A stretch of DNA of 32,218 nt. Source: a virus. Its lineage: Duplodnaviria > Caudoviricetes. The notes below the pieces were generated by a model. It searched no databases and was not told where the DNA came from. It saw only the letters and a list, made by a program, of their open reading frames with translations. Shown here piece by piece: positions 8,301 through 20,000 of this stretch (the stretch's first letter is position 1; the number at the start of each line of letters is the position of its first letter). The stretch is from positions 1 to 32,218 of IMG/VR virus record IMGVR_UViG_3300032270_001236; one strand, written 5' to 3'. Position numbers and translations under genes: made by a program.

Positions 8301-11300
8301 CATTTCCTTCATAACCATCTATAGTTTCCCCAATACTAAAAATACCAGATATCATAGATATTTTTAATAATTTTGGAATTACATCAAAAGAAGTTGATCC
8401 ATCAAAATATGGAGTATACTTTGAAAAAGGAAATAAATTTGATCCAAGAAACTCAACATTTCTTGACCTCATTTTATTGCTAGTTTCTCCACTAAGATAT
8501 AAATTGGATAAGTAATTATTTTTCCACTCGCTTTGAGTTCTTACAACTTTACCTTTAGTTGAGTTTATTGTTTTAACCCAAGCATCGGTTGAGGGACGAA
8601 GTCTAACGTTTCCATTATAATCTGATAATCCATGTGGATTAATATTTTCTTTAGACGTAGCAAATGGTTGAGATATATCTCCCCATACAACTTCAGAATA
8701 ATTTAAAGTAACTAAATCACCCGTTTTCTTAACATTAGCATCAACTAAATCTAAATTTTGAGAATAATCAGCACTTTCTAAATTTGTTCCTTGACTAGGT
8801 AATATTTGTGTTTTGAGGGATGTAATAGATACATCTGCACTCATTTCACCATCTTCAGAATTAATAGAAACTTTTGCATCAGGATTTTTATAATCAACTA
8901 AATTTGAATTTATAAAACTGTCTGCAAAAAATCCACATTTATATTTTGATAATCCCAATCCTTCATTATCAATAATTTGTAAAGATTTAATATCCAATTC
9001 CAATAAACTTAATGAGGCAAAATTTTCAAGATTTTTAATTCTATTTTCTAAAGTTCCAATATCTTTCATAGTATATCTTTTATTTTCAATTAGAGAAATT
9101 TTAACATCATCTACATTATAAACATATGCTGGTATTTGTATATTTGCAATATCCATACCGTCATCTAAAGAAGATGGTTCTTGTGGATTTACTGATGATG
9201 AACCCGTAATTAATTGGAAGTTGCCATTTTTATTTAAAATTAATCTATCTATTCTTGGGACATAATGCGAATAAGAAACTTTAGTAGATTCGTTGGGTGA
9301 TACAACTATTTGTATATTTGATTGTGCTGTTGAAAAATTTCTACTAGAAAAGTCAAAAGGAGATGATGATTCTGATGTAAATTTGGATACTCTTGGTCTA
9401 AAATCTAACACATCAGAAGACCTATACCCATTTTTTAAAATGGCAACATCATTTTTGAAATTGGATGAGTTGTAACTATTTGCTGTGTACAAATCTCCAG
9501 AATCTGATTCGGAAACTTCAAAATAATTGAAAATTACTAATAGTTTTTTTGCTGGCGAATTAGAACCAAAATTTCTAACTAATTTAGAATAATCATAATA
9601 TTGATCTTTTTGCCCCCTATCTAAAGTAAAATCATTTGTTTTGTTTATATAAACTCCAGGAATAATATTTAATATTGAAGTTGATATTTTTGATTCTTCA
9701 AAATTTGCAATATCATTAGTTTGAAATTTATTTGAATTTAAATAAACAAAACTAATATCAGTTCCTTGAACATCTACAATTTGTCCAACTGCTTCACTTG
9801 AAGATCCATAAATTTTTTCACCAACAATTGCTCCAGATACTGCTTGTGAAGAAAATGTTAGTTTATCTAAAATTGGAGATTCTGAATTGGATGATTCATA
9901 TATTGCTATAATGTTGGAAACATCTGGAACATTTAAACATATTTCTTCATCTTCTACTCTAGTTCCATAGTATGTACTAGTTGTTAATCCACTAATTCCA
10001 TTTGAAATACCCAAAGATGTTTTTGTAATTGCTAATTTTTGACTTCTCTTATAAAGTTTTGTTTTATTGCGAACAGAATTTTTTGTTATTGTGCAAATAA
10101 CAGACACGTTTCCTGATTGAGATGGTTTTAAACCATAAAAAGATAAATCTGCTCCATTATTGGTTATTTCTATTTTTTCTGAAGTTAAGTTTTCTACTGT
10201 TCCATCACCATAAAAAATAGAATATCTTTCTGGAGAAAATGGTTCAAAATATCCACTACTAATTGAAAAATCTCCAGAAACAGATAAAGAAAGTGTTCCA
10301 ACACTTGAAGTACTTTTTTGTGTTATTTGTTTTGTTATGGTTATTGATGACGATGATAAATCTACAGAAGAAACATCTTTATTTGGGAGATTAATATATA
10401 AATTTGATTTATCTTTATTTTTAATAGTTGATTCCCCTAAAGAAAATAATGAAGATACTGCAGATCCTGATGGAAGAGAACCGACACAAACATTTGGTAC
10501 TGTTGTAACTCCAACTACATTCATACTGAGACCATCTTCACTTATTGATACAACTTTATTATAATTTTCCGTAGAAAATCCTGCTACTTGATATCTTATA
10601 ATAGAATCTGTTTTTATTCCGGAGAAAATTTTTCCAGAAGAAGTAACAGTACTAATTCCAGAAACTGATGGTTGAATTGTTATAGTATCTGATGGACCAA
10701 ATCCTGGAGCAATATTTTTTTGTAAAAATACATCTGCAGAAAAATCAGTAGACAATCCACTCAAAGAAACATCTGAAGATTTTTGATATACCGATTTTAT
10801 ATCTTTTGGACTATAAACTTTTATTTTTTCTACAGTTCTTATTAAATTTTTATTATTGTTAAATATTATTTGCTCATTTCTAATAAAAGATCCTGAAGTT
10901 TGATATAAAAATACTGTTGTTCCATTATTTGGATTTTCTGCAACATATCCAGAAGCTCCACTACTTAAACCTCTTACAAATGAAGATTTCGTAACTTCGT
11001 TCGTAACACTTGAATTTACAGTTATAGTTGTGTAAGTTTGTAAGTCATAAAGATAAAGATTCCACCTACTAGACTGATTTTGATATGGACTATCACTAGC
11101 AGAAAAAGAATATGCTCTAGCCTTTCCTATAGTTGTTCCTGATCCTGCAATATTGCTAGATTTTCTATTATCAAATAATCTAATTTCGTAGTTATTATTC
11201 AGACCAATTGCAGGAGATCCTGAAACATTATTCAATACTATCAGATTACCCATTTCAAACAAAACAGGAGAATTAAATACAGTATTTACTGATCTTGTTT

Positions 11301-12426
11301 TTTTTGCGTCTAATATTGTGGTTGAAGATTTTTCAATATCATTTCCATTAACATAAGCTTTTCCTGAAGAAATTTTAACACAAAGTAAATCTTCACTAGG
11401 TGTATTATTTTGTTCGGTTGTTTGATTTTGCTTAAAAATTCCTTTTTGATCTGTTAAATTATTTAATGAATCTTCAACAAAAACTGAAAAAGGACTTAAT
11501 GCAAAATTTCCAGATTGCTCATAGGTTCTTTTTGCAATATAATCTTTTATTAAAGAATAATCACTAGTATCTTTTATTTTTCTAACAACTCCATCAGTAA
11601 TTCTTAATATTTCTATAAAATTAGTATCTTCATAATCTGTTAAAAGTTGTTTTGATAATTTTGTTTTTAATCTAAATCTATCTGCTCCTGGAGCGGAATA
11701 ATTTGTAAATCCCTTGGCATTATCGTATAAAGAAGAGTCATCATACGAAGATATAAATGTTTCGGATACTGATAAACCAACTCTGTATGATGGACTATTG
11801 TTATACTGATCTAATATAATTGTATCTTGATCAACAGTAACAAACAAACCACGTATAAAATAAATTCCTGGAGAAATCGATACTGCAGATCCTATTGCAG
11901 TCGAATTAGTATCTGATAGTGAAGCAACAGTATTTCCTGAAGTTATAGTGGTATTTCCATATTTTACATTATCTAAGGTTGTTAAAGTTTCCCCATCAAT
12001 AAAACTCAAATTTTCATTATTTGAGTTTGAATTTAAATATTTTACATATAATGTTGTTACATTTTCAATAGAATTATTTCTAGACACAACATTTTGAACT
12101 ACTGCCGTAATTTGAGAAATATCTCCGAATAAACGTTTTCCTATAAGTTCTTTATAATAAAATTCTACATCCAATCCCAAATGGATGGGATTTATTTTAA
12201 CTGCATAGTAGTTTGGATCATAAGAAACTTCACCAGGAATAACAACTGATCCGTCTTTAAAAATACTTTTTCCTAAAGAAGATATTTGATCTTGTAATAT
12301 AGATTGTAATGTAGTTAATTCTCTAGCCTGAACTGGATATCCCGGCTTAAATAAAACTTTATAAAAGTTTTTAGTTGCATCAAAATCATCAAAATATGGT
12401 GATACGTTTAAATTTGTTTTTGCCAT
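5341..12426 (-). CDS. Large virion structural protein (VrlC-like / DUF4815-type)
   Basis: 2361 aa; TNLNVSPYFDDF..KNFYKVLFKPGYPVQARELTTLQSILQ, APGADR, KRYTMKDIG, LSQTF..LTSIDLFF, C-terminal KDIRAIALA; position after gp8. Confidence 0.85.
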   Translation of the reverse strand: MAKTNLNVSPYFDDFDATKNFYKVLFKPGYPVQARELTTLQSILQDQISSLGKSIFKDGSVVIPGEVSYDPNYYAVKINPIHLGLDVEFYYKELIGKRLFGDISQITAVVQNVVSRNNSIENVTTLYVKYLNSNSNNENLSFIDGETLTTLDNVKYGNTTITSGNTVASLSDTNSTAIGSAVSISPGIYFIRGLFVTVDQDTIILDQYNNSPSYRVGLSVSETFISSYDDSSLYDNAKGFTNYSAPGADRFRLKTKLSKQLLTDYEDTNFIEILRITDGVVRKIKDTSDYSLIKDYIAKRTYEQSGNFALSPFSVFVEDSLNNLTDQKGIFKQNQTTEQNNTPSEDLLCVKISSGKAYVNGNDIEKSSTTILDAKKTRSVNTVFNSPVLFEMGNLIVLNNVSGSPAIGLNNNYEIRLFDNRKSSNIAGSGTTIGKARAYSFSASDSPYQNQSSRWNLYLYDLQTYTTITVNSSVTNEVTKSSFVRGLSSGASGYVAENPNNGTTVFLYQTSGSFIRNEQIIFNNNKNLIRTVEKIKVYSPKDIKSVYQKSSDVSLSGLSTDFSADVFLQKNIAPGFGPSDTITIQPSVSGISTVTSSGKIFSGIKTDSIIRYQVAGFSTENYNKVVSISEDGLSMNVVGVTTVPNVCVGSLPSGSAVSSLFSLGESTIKNKDKSNLYINLPNKDVSSVDLSSSSITITKQITQKSTSSVGTLSLSVSGDFSISSGYFEPFSPERYSIFYGDGTVENLTSEKIEITNNGADLSFYGLKPSQSGNVSVICTITKNSVRNKTKLYKRSQKLAITKTSLGISNGISGLTTSTYYGTRVEDEEICLNVPDVSNIIAIYESSNSESPILDKLTFSSQAVSGAIVGEKIYGSSSEAVGQIVDVQGTDISFVYLNSNKFQTNDIANFEESKISTSILNIIPGVYINKTNDFTLDRGQKDQYYDYSKLVRNFGSNSPAKKLLVIFNYFEVSESDSGDLYTANSYNSSNFKNDVAILKNGYRSSDVLDFRPRVSKFTSESSSPFDFSSRNFSTAQSNIQIVVSPNESTKVSYSHYVPRIDRLILNKNGNFQLITGSSSVNPQEPSSLDDGMDIANIQIPAYVYNVDDVKISLIENKRYTMKDIGTLENRIKNLENFASLSLLELDIKSLQIIDNEGLGLSKYKCGFFADSFINSNLVDYKNPDAKVSINSEDGEMSADVSITSLKTQILPSQGTNLESADYSQNLDLVDANVKKTGDLVTLNYSEVVWGDISQPFATSKENINPHGLSDYNGNVRLRPSTDAWVKTINSTKGKVVRTQSEWKNNYLSNLYLSGETSNKMRSRNVEFLGSNLFPFSKYTPYFDGSTSFDVIPKLLKISMISGIFSIGETIDGYEGNVKVFSARLCTPNHKYGSYNSPSETYPSNPYQTSEIFSDYSQSTTVLNIDTYSLSDNADGRFYGYISYNMVLVGRSSGAQCTVSNQDLISDTYGDLIGCFFIRNPFSPLLPSNVFGVGDKTFKLQTATNTQPTSSIQIRQGLCESTLYLSENSNFSNNSIIRRPVLTRSSVLLSKSYLSQTFKVDNSGGFLTSIDLFFAEKDLNEKVTIEIGEVDLGGTPTDKLLQDFARIQLLPSQVNTSTNGEVATNVKLPSPLYLEPNKQYCVRIYSPSSSLYSVWTAVSNESTVQTQNYPNAQQIIYSNQFIGGNLYKPQNGAIPSASLLQDLKFKLYKAQFVSAGTVFFTNPILSDTSSGEFYDSNNDKLVSNPITGFPQKYVIGISTSYANDFYTFGKKIQFSNGNYGFIEKSAGKISGITTTNVGIGYSNGVYPNVPLFTVNGFGPNVYGATANLTFAGGKLSSVVIVDSGSGYSKGDLLGISTGYNPKGTGALISVSNLNGIDTLLLTNVPGRTIQLGNTLYYFDQNGTQVALAGTTVTQTPKILNDLYDGKTFKVDHYNHGMHDNNNYITISGAFPDTNPQELTSSITSQSNTISIASTSTFSSFDGGGVAGINTGYVLINNEIIAYSSVNANTLQISSRGVNNSIIRNHNAGDMVYKYECNGVSLMRINTTHRKTDSQYLKSLETSDSYYLRFVTGESSNSTFLEEKTFGGSNCKITQNYQYNSIIPKFNILTPPGTSLNSSIRTISGTSASGSESSFVDQGLLPLALNSKNDFDTPKLIASRINEINNVSGIPRLKSMLISLTLRTRDSNISPVIDTSEGATIALIRNKLNTPISNYISDNRSNLLINDPHSSIYISNQITLLKPASSLKVITNCYKSSSNDFRILYKLIRPDSSEVDQSYEFFPGYSNLKDINGDGVGDTIIDTSLNDGTSDFYVGSTAEGEYSEYEFTADNLGQFVGFVIKIVMSGSNEARPLKFKDIRAIALA

Positions 12427-12432
12427 TTTAAT

Positions 12433-13995
12433 TTAAAATTCCAGTACGATTTTAATGTCTTCTTTTTGTTTTGGATTTCGGTTGACAATAGGTCTACTGT
12501 CAATATATAATACTTCACCAGATCTTTTATTTATTTCTGGTTGAGAAATTCCATTAACAAACGTTGAGTTTAAGTTAACAGATTTTGTATTAGATAAAAC
12601 TAAAACACTTTCTTGAAATGATGGATCAATTGCTGCACTAAAACCAGATTGTGAAGTTATTAAACTTCCTGCAGTTGAAAATCCTATAGGACTTCCTTGA
12701 GTAAAAACATTTTTTGAATCTTTTTGATCATATGATAAGTCATTAAAATATAAAGATCTATCTGTGATATATTTTAAAACTTTTGTTTCACTATCATATG
12801 AAGCAACGTATCCAACTGCAGTTCCAACTCCAGATATTGGTTGATATATTTTTGTTCCAGGTGTTAAGGATTCTGGTGATGAAACTGTATTTGAATTTAA
12901 TTTTATAGAATATAAATTTGAAAAAGTAGAATTACTGTATATTGATGATGCAGATCCAGCTAAAGTTGGATTTTTGAGAATACCTATTTGTGCAAATTTG
13001 ATGTCAGTAGGAAAATCTTTTGTGGAATCATCAAATCTAGCATAAACCAACACCCTTTCACATCCCAACTCCTTATACACATCAAATCCATGTCCTCTTG
13101 ATGGTGGTATAATAGGTATTAAATGGGCAAAAGAAGTTGCACCTTGATTTATTGGAGATAAATCAACTCTACCGTAAGTATAATTTTTTCCACCGTTTGA
13201 AATTAATACATCGTTTATTTTTCCACCAATAACATCAACAATAACTTTAGCTCCTTCACCATCACCCAATATATCCAAAGTTTCTGTTGATGAATTATAT
13301 CCAGATCCTGGATTTTCTATATAAACTTTTTTTATTTGGTTTTCATTTACTAGAGAATCTCCACTATTTCTAACTGCTTTAACATCAGGATCATTTGAAG
13401 TCTCCCAATCTGCAGGGACTGGTATGTATTCGATAGAATCAAATTTAATAATATCACTTGGAGAAACTGTAAACAAATATTTCCAAACATATCCATCTCC
13501 ACTTTCCCCAGCTCTTGATGGTTCTAAATCTATAAAAAGTGGTTCATCTTGGGAAGGATTTCCCAATCTATTGGTTGATTTTGATCCATTATCAATACAT
13601 AAGTAAACCCGATAATCTTTATTAATTACATAATAATTTGCATCATATAATCTATATGAGTTTGTTTTAGGGGATGGATTTTGTACAGAATAATCGTGCC
13701 TATACAACTCATATATTGTATTTTTTTCCCATGAAACTTTTCGTATCAATCTTCTAATGTTATCTGAGGTTATTCTTTTACCAAAGAGAATAGTATCTTT
13801 AACATGATCCAAGTAATTGAAACTATCTTCGGGAGTTGGAATTGCAGAATCCCAGGTTGAAGTTCTACCAAATCCAACTTGAGTGGGATTTGGTAGAGAT
13901 AAAAATATATAATAAGAGTTACTTGGATCCCTAACCGAATCTAGAAAATTTTTAGAATTTAATACTCTAAATTGGTCAGTAACTATTGCCGCCAT
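12433..13995 (-). CDS. gp8: Baseplate wedge subunit gp8
   Basis: MAAIVTDQFR, YRVYLCIDN, GDGYVWKYLF, SGEVLYID, QKEDIKIVLEF motifs. Confidence 0.93.
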   Translation of the reverse strand: MAAIVTDQFRVLNSKNFLDSVRDPSNSYYIFLSLPNPTQVGFGRTSTWDSAIPTPEDSFNYLDHVKDTILFGKRITSDNIRRLIRKVSWEKNTIYELYRHDYSVQNPSPKTNSYRLYDANYYVINKDYRVYLCIDNGSKSTNRLGNPSQDEPLFIDLEPSRAGESGDGYVWKYLFTVSPSDIIKFDSIEYIPVPADWETSNDPDVKAVRNSGDSLVNENQIKKVYIENPGSGYNSSTETLDILGDGEGAKVIVDVIGGKINDVLISNGGKNYTYGRVDLSPINQGATSFAHLIPIIPPSRGHGFDVYKELGCERVLVYARFDDSTKDFPTDIKFAQIGILKNPTLAGSASSIYSNSTFSNLYSIKLNSNTVSSPESLTPGTKIYQPISGVGTAVGYVASYDSETKVLKYITDRSLYFNDLSYDQKDSKNVFTQGSPIGFSTAGSLITSQSGFSAAIDPSFQESVLVLSNTKSVNLNSTFVNGISQPEINKRSGEVLYIDSRPIVNRNPKQKEDIKIVLEF

Positions 13996-14020
13996 TTATT
14001 ATCTTACACCATTTTATCTA

Positions 14021-14028
14021 TATTTATA
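14021..14028 (-). promoter_or_regulatory. Late promoter (perfect TATAAATA)
   Basis: Exact T4 gp55 consensus in the short gp7-gp8 intergenic gap, 25 nt upstream of gp8 ATG. Confidence 0.85.
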
Positions 14029-14030
14029 AG

Positions 14031-17000
14031 TTATTCGACAACTATTTTTATTAATCCACCAAGATTTCTTAATCCATATCCACGCCTTTGGATTGTTGGG
14101 AAGGTTGACAATCCAGAAGTTGTGGTATATGCAGTTAAAGCAATAGATATTGGTGAAGATGATCTTGTTATATTACTAAATCTTCCCCAAGAGAATTTAC
14201 CTTTTTGAGTTAACCCAGAAGTGTTAATTCCAGTTATATTAGTATTACTTGAAATATTGCATATTAACTCACCTCTCAAATTCAAATCTACTATTTGATG
14301 AATTTCATATATGTTATCACAATAAGTAGTTCCTATTGAAATAATAGAAGATCCGTTAGAATTAATAGAAGTTACTCCATTACCAACAACAGTATCAAAA
14401 ACATAAATTGGATAACCAACTTTTAATGTTTCTACCAATGAATTTTGATTATATGATGTAAAAAATTTAATCGCCATGTTTGTCCCAATTCCTGGACACG
14501 TAGTAATTCCAGTAATTATTCCAGCAAATCCCTCAACAAATTGAATATTTTCAATTAATTCATTTTTAAATGATGGCATAGGTGCAATAACTTGGGGAGC
14601 ATTATCTACAGTATATCCATAACCAGGATTGACTATATTAAATGGTGATGTTATTGTTCCTGCTGAGGATACTGTAGCATATATAATTGCTTCCGTAGTA
14701 ATTCCTGGTGTTGAATTCATTTTTAATAATAAGCTATTTCCAATTCCAATATACCCACTGCCACCATCAATAATATTAATACTAGAAATAGTAGATGATG
14801 TAGAAACTGTAGCAGTTAATGCCGCAGAAACTTGTGTAATAGGATCAATTATAACTGCATCAAATGAATTGATGTTTAAATCAAAATTATTTTCCTCATA
14901 ATTGAAAAATTCTGCATTATCCACAAATATTTCATTATCTGAAGAATTAATTGATTTTATTACTTTAGAAGTTGGAAGTACGATAGATTCCAAAGAATCT
15001 CTATCTTTATATTGAACAATATTGTTTGTTATAATATCTGTTTTTTGACGAATTAAATCGATTGGTTTGTAATTTAATTCATCAATTCCTTGTCCAAAAT
15101 AAATTCCAGTTTCAAATGTATCTGAGGAAGTAATATAAGAAATTACTCTTGGATCTTGATCTAAAGATGATGGTAAAGAATTATTTTTCTTAATTTGTAC
15201 GGTATCTCCAGATTTAATTGTTGGATATACCGTAACTTCAACACTATCAACATCTTTAGTCCCTCTGTAGAAAAATACGGAAATATTATCAGATTGTTTA
15301 GGTGGTTCCGAAAATTTAAATGTGGTTCCACCGGTATATGTGTATGAGGAACCAGGTTCTTGCATAACACCATTAATAAAAATAAGTAATATTGAAGAAA
15401 AATCAATTATTGCTGCTGCAGGATCTGTCTTACTTTTTTCAAAACTTAATAATTTATTGTCTCGTACTAAAGGAAATCTTGTTCTAATGCCATTTTGTAA
15501 AGATTTTAAACTGTCAACAAAATCAAATTCTCCAACTTGCCAAGAAGCAAAAGTATCCGCTTTAACTTCAGTAACAGTAAATACAAGTTCTTCAAATGGT
15601 TTCGCAAGACCTTTTGCGGTAGTTAAACCAGAAACCGCAAATATATCACCCAATTCAAAATTATATCCAGGTTTTGTAATTGTAAAATTACTTACATAAG
15701 ATGATGATGACTCAATTCCAGTTCTTTGTGATGGGGAAACCTCTACAGTTATTGAAAGACCTATTCCAGTTGTTGTCGCATACCCTATAGAAGGTCTATA
15801 TATTCCTTTTATTGCTAAATTCTGATAAGAAGGATCGGAAATTGATACACTTGGATCGGTATAACCTGTACCACCATGGATAATATTGAATTCTGTTATT
15901 GATCCACCAGAACCAACTTTAGCAATAATTGTTGCAGCAGAACCAACATGAGAATTATCTTTAATTGCAACAGGAATTGTGCTATAATATCCAGATCCCC
16001 TAAATTCATCACCAAAATCAAATCCAAATGATGTTGTTAATGATGATGTATTTGTAGTTGTTTTTGATAATGTTATTGAATTTGATCCAATACCAGATAC
16101 TAAAGTATCAAATTGGAGAATATTAGTTTGATTTGGGACTTTTAAATTTACATATTGTGGTACAAATTTAATTTCATCAACATATTTGTTCAAAATATTC
16201 ATAACTTTCTGATTTATTTTAATATTGCTTGTATTAATTCCAGTTATTCTATTTGTAGTTACTCCAATAACTCCAGTTAAAGCCAATCCAACTATTATTG
16301 ATGTCGTAAATCCAATATGACTAATTGATCCTCCAGTTCCAACTCTAACATCTAGAACCTCCGAAGGAACACCTATTAATGGTGCATATCCATATCCACC
16401 AGTAAATGCTACTGAAACTAATATTCCACCTCTTGGAAGATCATTTTGATTTACGTCATAATCAACTGTAAATGAATCTGAAGTATTTGGTAGAGTTATT
16501 CCTTTAAATCTTATACTGGAAATACCGTTATTTGTTAATGTTTCATAATTATTTCCAGTATTAGTTTGAGTATCTGGAGTCTGGAATATGTCATTTAACA
16601 TAACAATACTATTTCCGGGTTGGGAATCGGAAACAACTTCATCTTCGTTGTATAAAGTAAACGTTCTACCAATACCAGTAAATTCTAATGAAATATCATC
16701 ATAAATTCGGTTAGTTGTATAGTCTTTTCTTAAATAAACTCTTCCATTAAAAGTTGACTTTGGTAAAGGTAAATAATTATCAGCAAATAACGCATTATTT
16801 CCCTTTCCATCAGGTGCTTCAGAAAACCATATTTTATTCCCAACAATATTATATGAACCTCTGTAAATTCTTACTTGAGAATTATCTAAATGAGTACTTC
16901 CGATTGAACCTAAAGTTCCTCTATTAACATTACATAATTGGAAAGTACCAATTCCAGTGATTGGACCAGATGGAGTAGTTCCAATTCCGACACCAATAAC

Positions 17001-20000
17001 TGTCATATATTCATCATCAACTTTAAGAATATCTATAGGTTGAATGGATGATATTCCAGATAATGAAATAAATGTTGCTCCTGTGCTAACCAATCCGCCA
17101 TTATTTCGACTTAATGTTTTGGATAATGGTGTGTAGGTTAGTGGTGCTTGCAAAACACCATTAATTGTTAAAACAGTTTTTTCAAGTTTTTTCTTCATTT
17201 CCAACTTATGGACATTTCCGGATCCATAAGTTGTAAATGTAAGTCCTATACCATTTTTAGTTCCAATTAATGTAAAATTATTTTCTCCCAGTTTTTTTGT
17301 ATATACTGTAGATGGGCATATGTTAGTTATTATCCCAACTTGGTATGTACCTCTGAAAGTTGTTGCTGCTGAAACATTATTCAATGTTGCTGAATAATTT
17401 AAATTATTTGCATAATATACATTATTGTTTGATGATGGAAGATTAACTGACGATGTTATAGAATTAATTCCTATAGAAACTATAGTTCCATACTGAGTAT
17501 TGTTGCCTGAGAATATACCAGAACCAATCTTTAAGATAGTAGTATTTGCAATTCCTGTAATAACAGTAGATCCTGAAGAGACACTACCAACAAAATAACT
17601 ATAAGTTTGACCAACGCTAACAATTTTTGTTCCATTTGTAATATTTGGACCATAAAATACATTAGAATCTGAAGTTATTATACCTTCAGATGAAGCTATT
17701 CCAGTTACAGTTTTAAATCCAACTATAGAATCTCCAACAAAATATGTACCCCCAACAATAGTCGTTGATATTCCGATTGCGGATGCTGCGACACCAATAA
17801 GAGTAGATCCTGGGGTGTATATTAATTCTTCATTATCTTCAAAAAGGTGATTACTTATAGAAAATATTCCAGTTAAAATGTCAAATTGCTTAGCATTTTT
17901 TGGATTAAATGTTTTTTCAAATATAGGAGTTCTATTCCAATTTAAATCAAAATCTAATCTATCTTTTCCGTAATTATTAATAGAACCATATTGGTTAGTA
18001 TATAACCTTTCTATTGTTGGACCATAAGATAAAATTTTTGTTTCTGGAGTATTAAATTCATCATTTTCTGCATAAATGAAATGGTCGATAGACTGAATTA
18101 AAAGTTTTGTTGAAACAAAGTTAGGATCTGGATGGAATATAACATTTACCAAAGATCCATCATTTACAGTTGAAAATGTCCCCAACCCAACAGAAGTTCC
18201 GACAGTAATAAATGGATCACTTTGAATTTTGGTGTATGTTTGATCTCCAACTACTAATATTTGATATACTGAAACAGTAGATCCTACAGAAACTCTTATT
18301 AACGATTTTAATCCAGATTCTACAGAACTATCGAAAGTTTTAATAGTACTTATACCAGTAATGTATAAGTAATCACTTTCAATTCTACAAGTTTTTTCTG
18401 ATCCTGGTATTTGATCTTCCACTAAAAACCTATGCACACCTTCTCCAAGGCTGGTTTTTCCTATGGCAACAGTTTTTGATTTAATTACGATATTATCGTT
18501 AGTATTATTTGTGAAATTTAAACTTAGAATTCCAGAATTTTCTACTAATCCAAAAGTTCCAATATATCCACTAGAATATCCACCCAAATATTGTGATGAA
18601 TCAAAATAAAATTCGGCCAAATGAGTATTAGTTCCGTCATAAGTTCCAACAACTTCGTAATAATTTAAAGAATAATCTGATGTATTAATAATTAAAGATG
18701 ATGAATGTATCGTGTGATAATCTGAAGATAATGCTCTAAAAACAGATGTTGTAAATCCAACTTCATTTTTTACAGTTCTTGCTTCACTAAACAATCTAAG
18801 AAATCCATAATTAGTAATTCCAAATCCAGTAACATTTGGTAAAGTAAAAGATTCTCTATAAATTTTTAATTCATATTTGGTATTATAAGGATCTGCTGGA
18901 GTGAATAGTAAAGTAGGATCTCCAACATTATTAAGTTCGCCTTTAAAATCCCCAAGACTAAAATTGGTATAAAGATCACTCTTGTTTAAAGTATACGTAT
19001 TTTTAAAATCATTCAAAATTACTAAATCAGAAATTTGATAAGACTTTTCTTCATTTTCAGTTTGTGGTGTATTGTAAACTTGAACTAAAAATTTAGAATA
19101 AAATCCATTTATATCATAAGAAATTGCTTCTAAAAATTCATCCTTATTAAATTCCGAACTAGAAAAACTATTACTAATATCATCTATTGGTAATACTCTA
19201 TTTGATTTGCATTCAATATAATTACTTAATTTTTTATTCAATAATTTAATATTGGAAGAAGATCCAGAAAAAGCTTCATAATCAACTACTAAATCATAAT
19301 TTTTAATAATATCTACACTATTCTCGTTGTCTAAATTTAGAACAGTTGTTAATGAAGAAGTTCCGCCAATTGATGTTTTGGATGAAGAACTAAATCCTAT
19401 TTCTCCAAAATTCTTAGTTCCTATTGGATGTACTAATTTATTGAGTGCTTCCGAAAATTTATCATACTCCACATTACTTTTAATTGAATATGATAAATTT
19501 TGATAATAATCATTATCTGGTAAAGATTGAGTATCAAAATTTAATTTTCCAGTATCATTAGACCACCCAACAGAAGCTCTACTAAGAGAAGAATAATTAA
19601 ATCTTGCAGAATACTCAAATATATCAGATACTACAGCCTTTGAATTGGAAATAGTACCCTTGATAACATCAAATTTTTTGATGTTATCTGATGTTTTGGA
19701 AACATTAATTGAATTATTCAATAAACCTTTAATTTCAATTTCTGTTGAAGTTTCATTTATATACAATTTTTCACCATCAATAAAATCACTCTTTATTTGA
19801 GTTATTTCAAATACAGGATAAACATTTTCATTTATTGCAGAACTGTATACTGTTTGACTTATTACTGGTATTCCTGGGTTTAATGTATATGGTGACACAT
19901 CATATTTTAATACAGCACTTCCAGCATCATTTATAAAATCAACAACTTTAAAGAAATTGTATCCATGATCTTCCGAGTTAAATCCATCTCCAGGGAAAGT

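Noticed and set aside
15161-15406. 81-aa minus-strand ORF nested in gp7
   Set aside because: Alternative frame with no SD, promoter or motif support.
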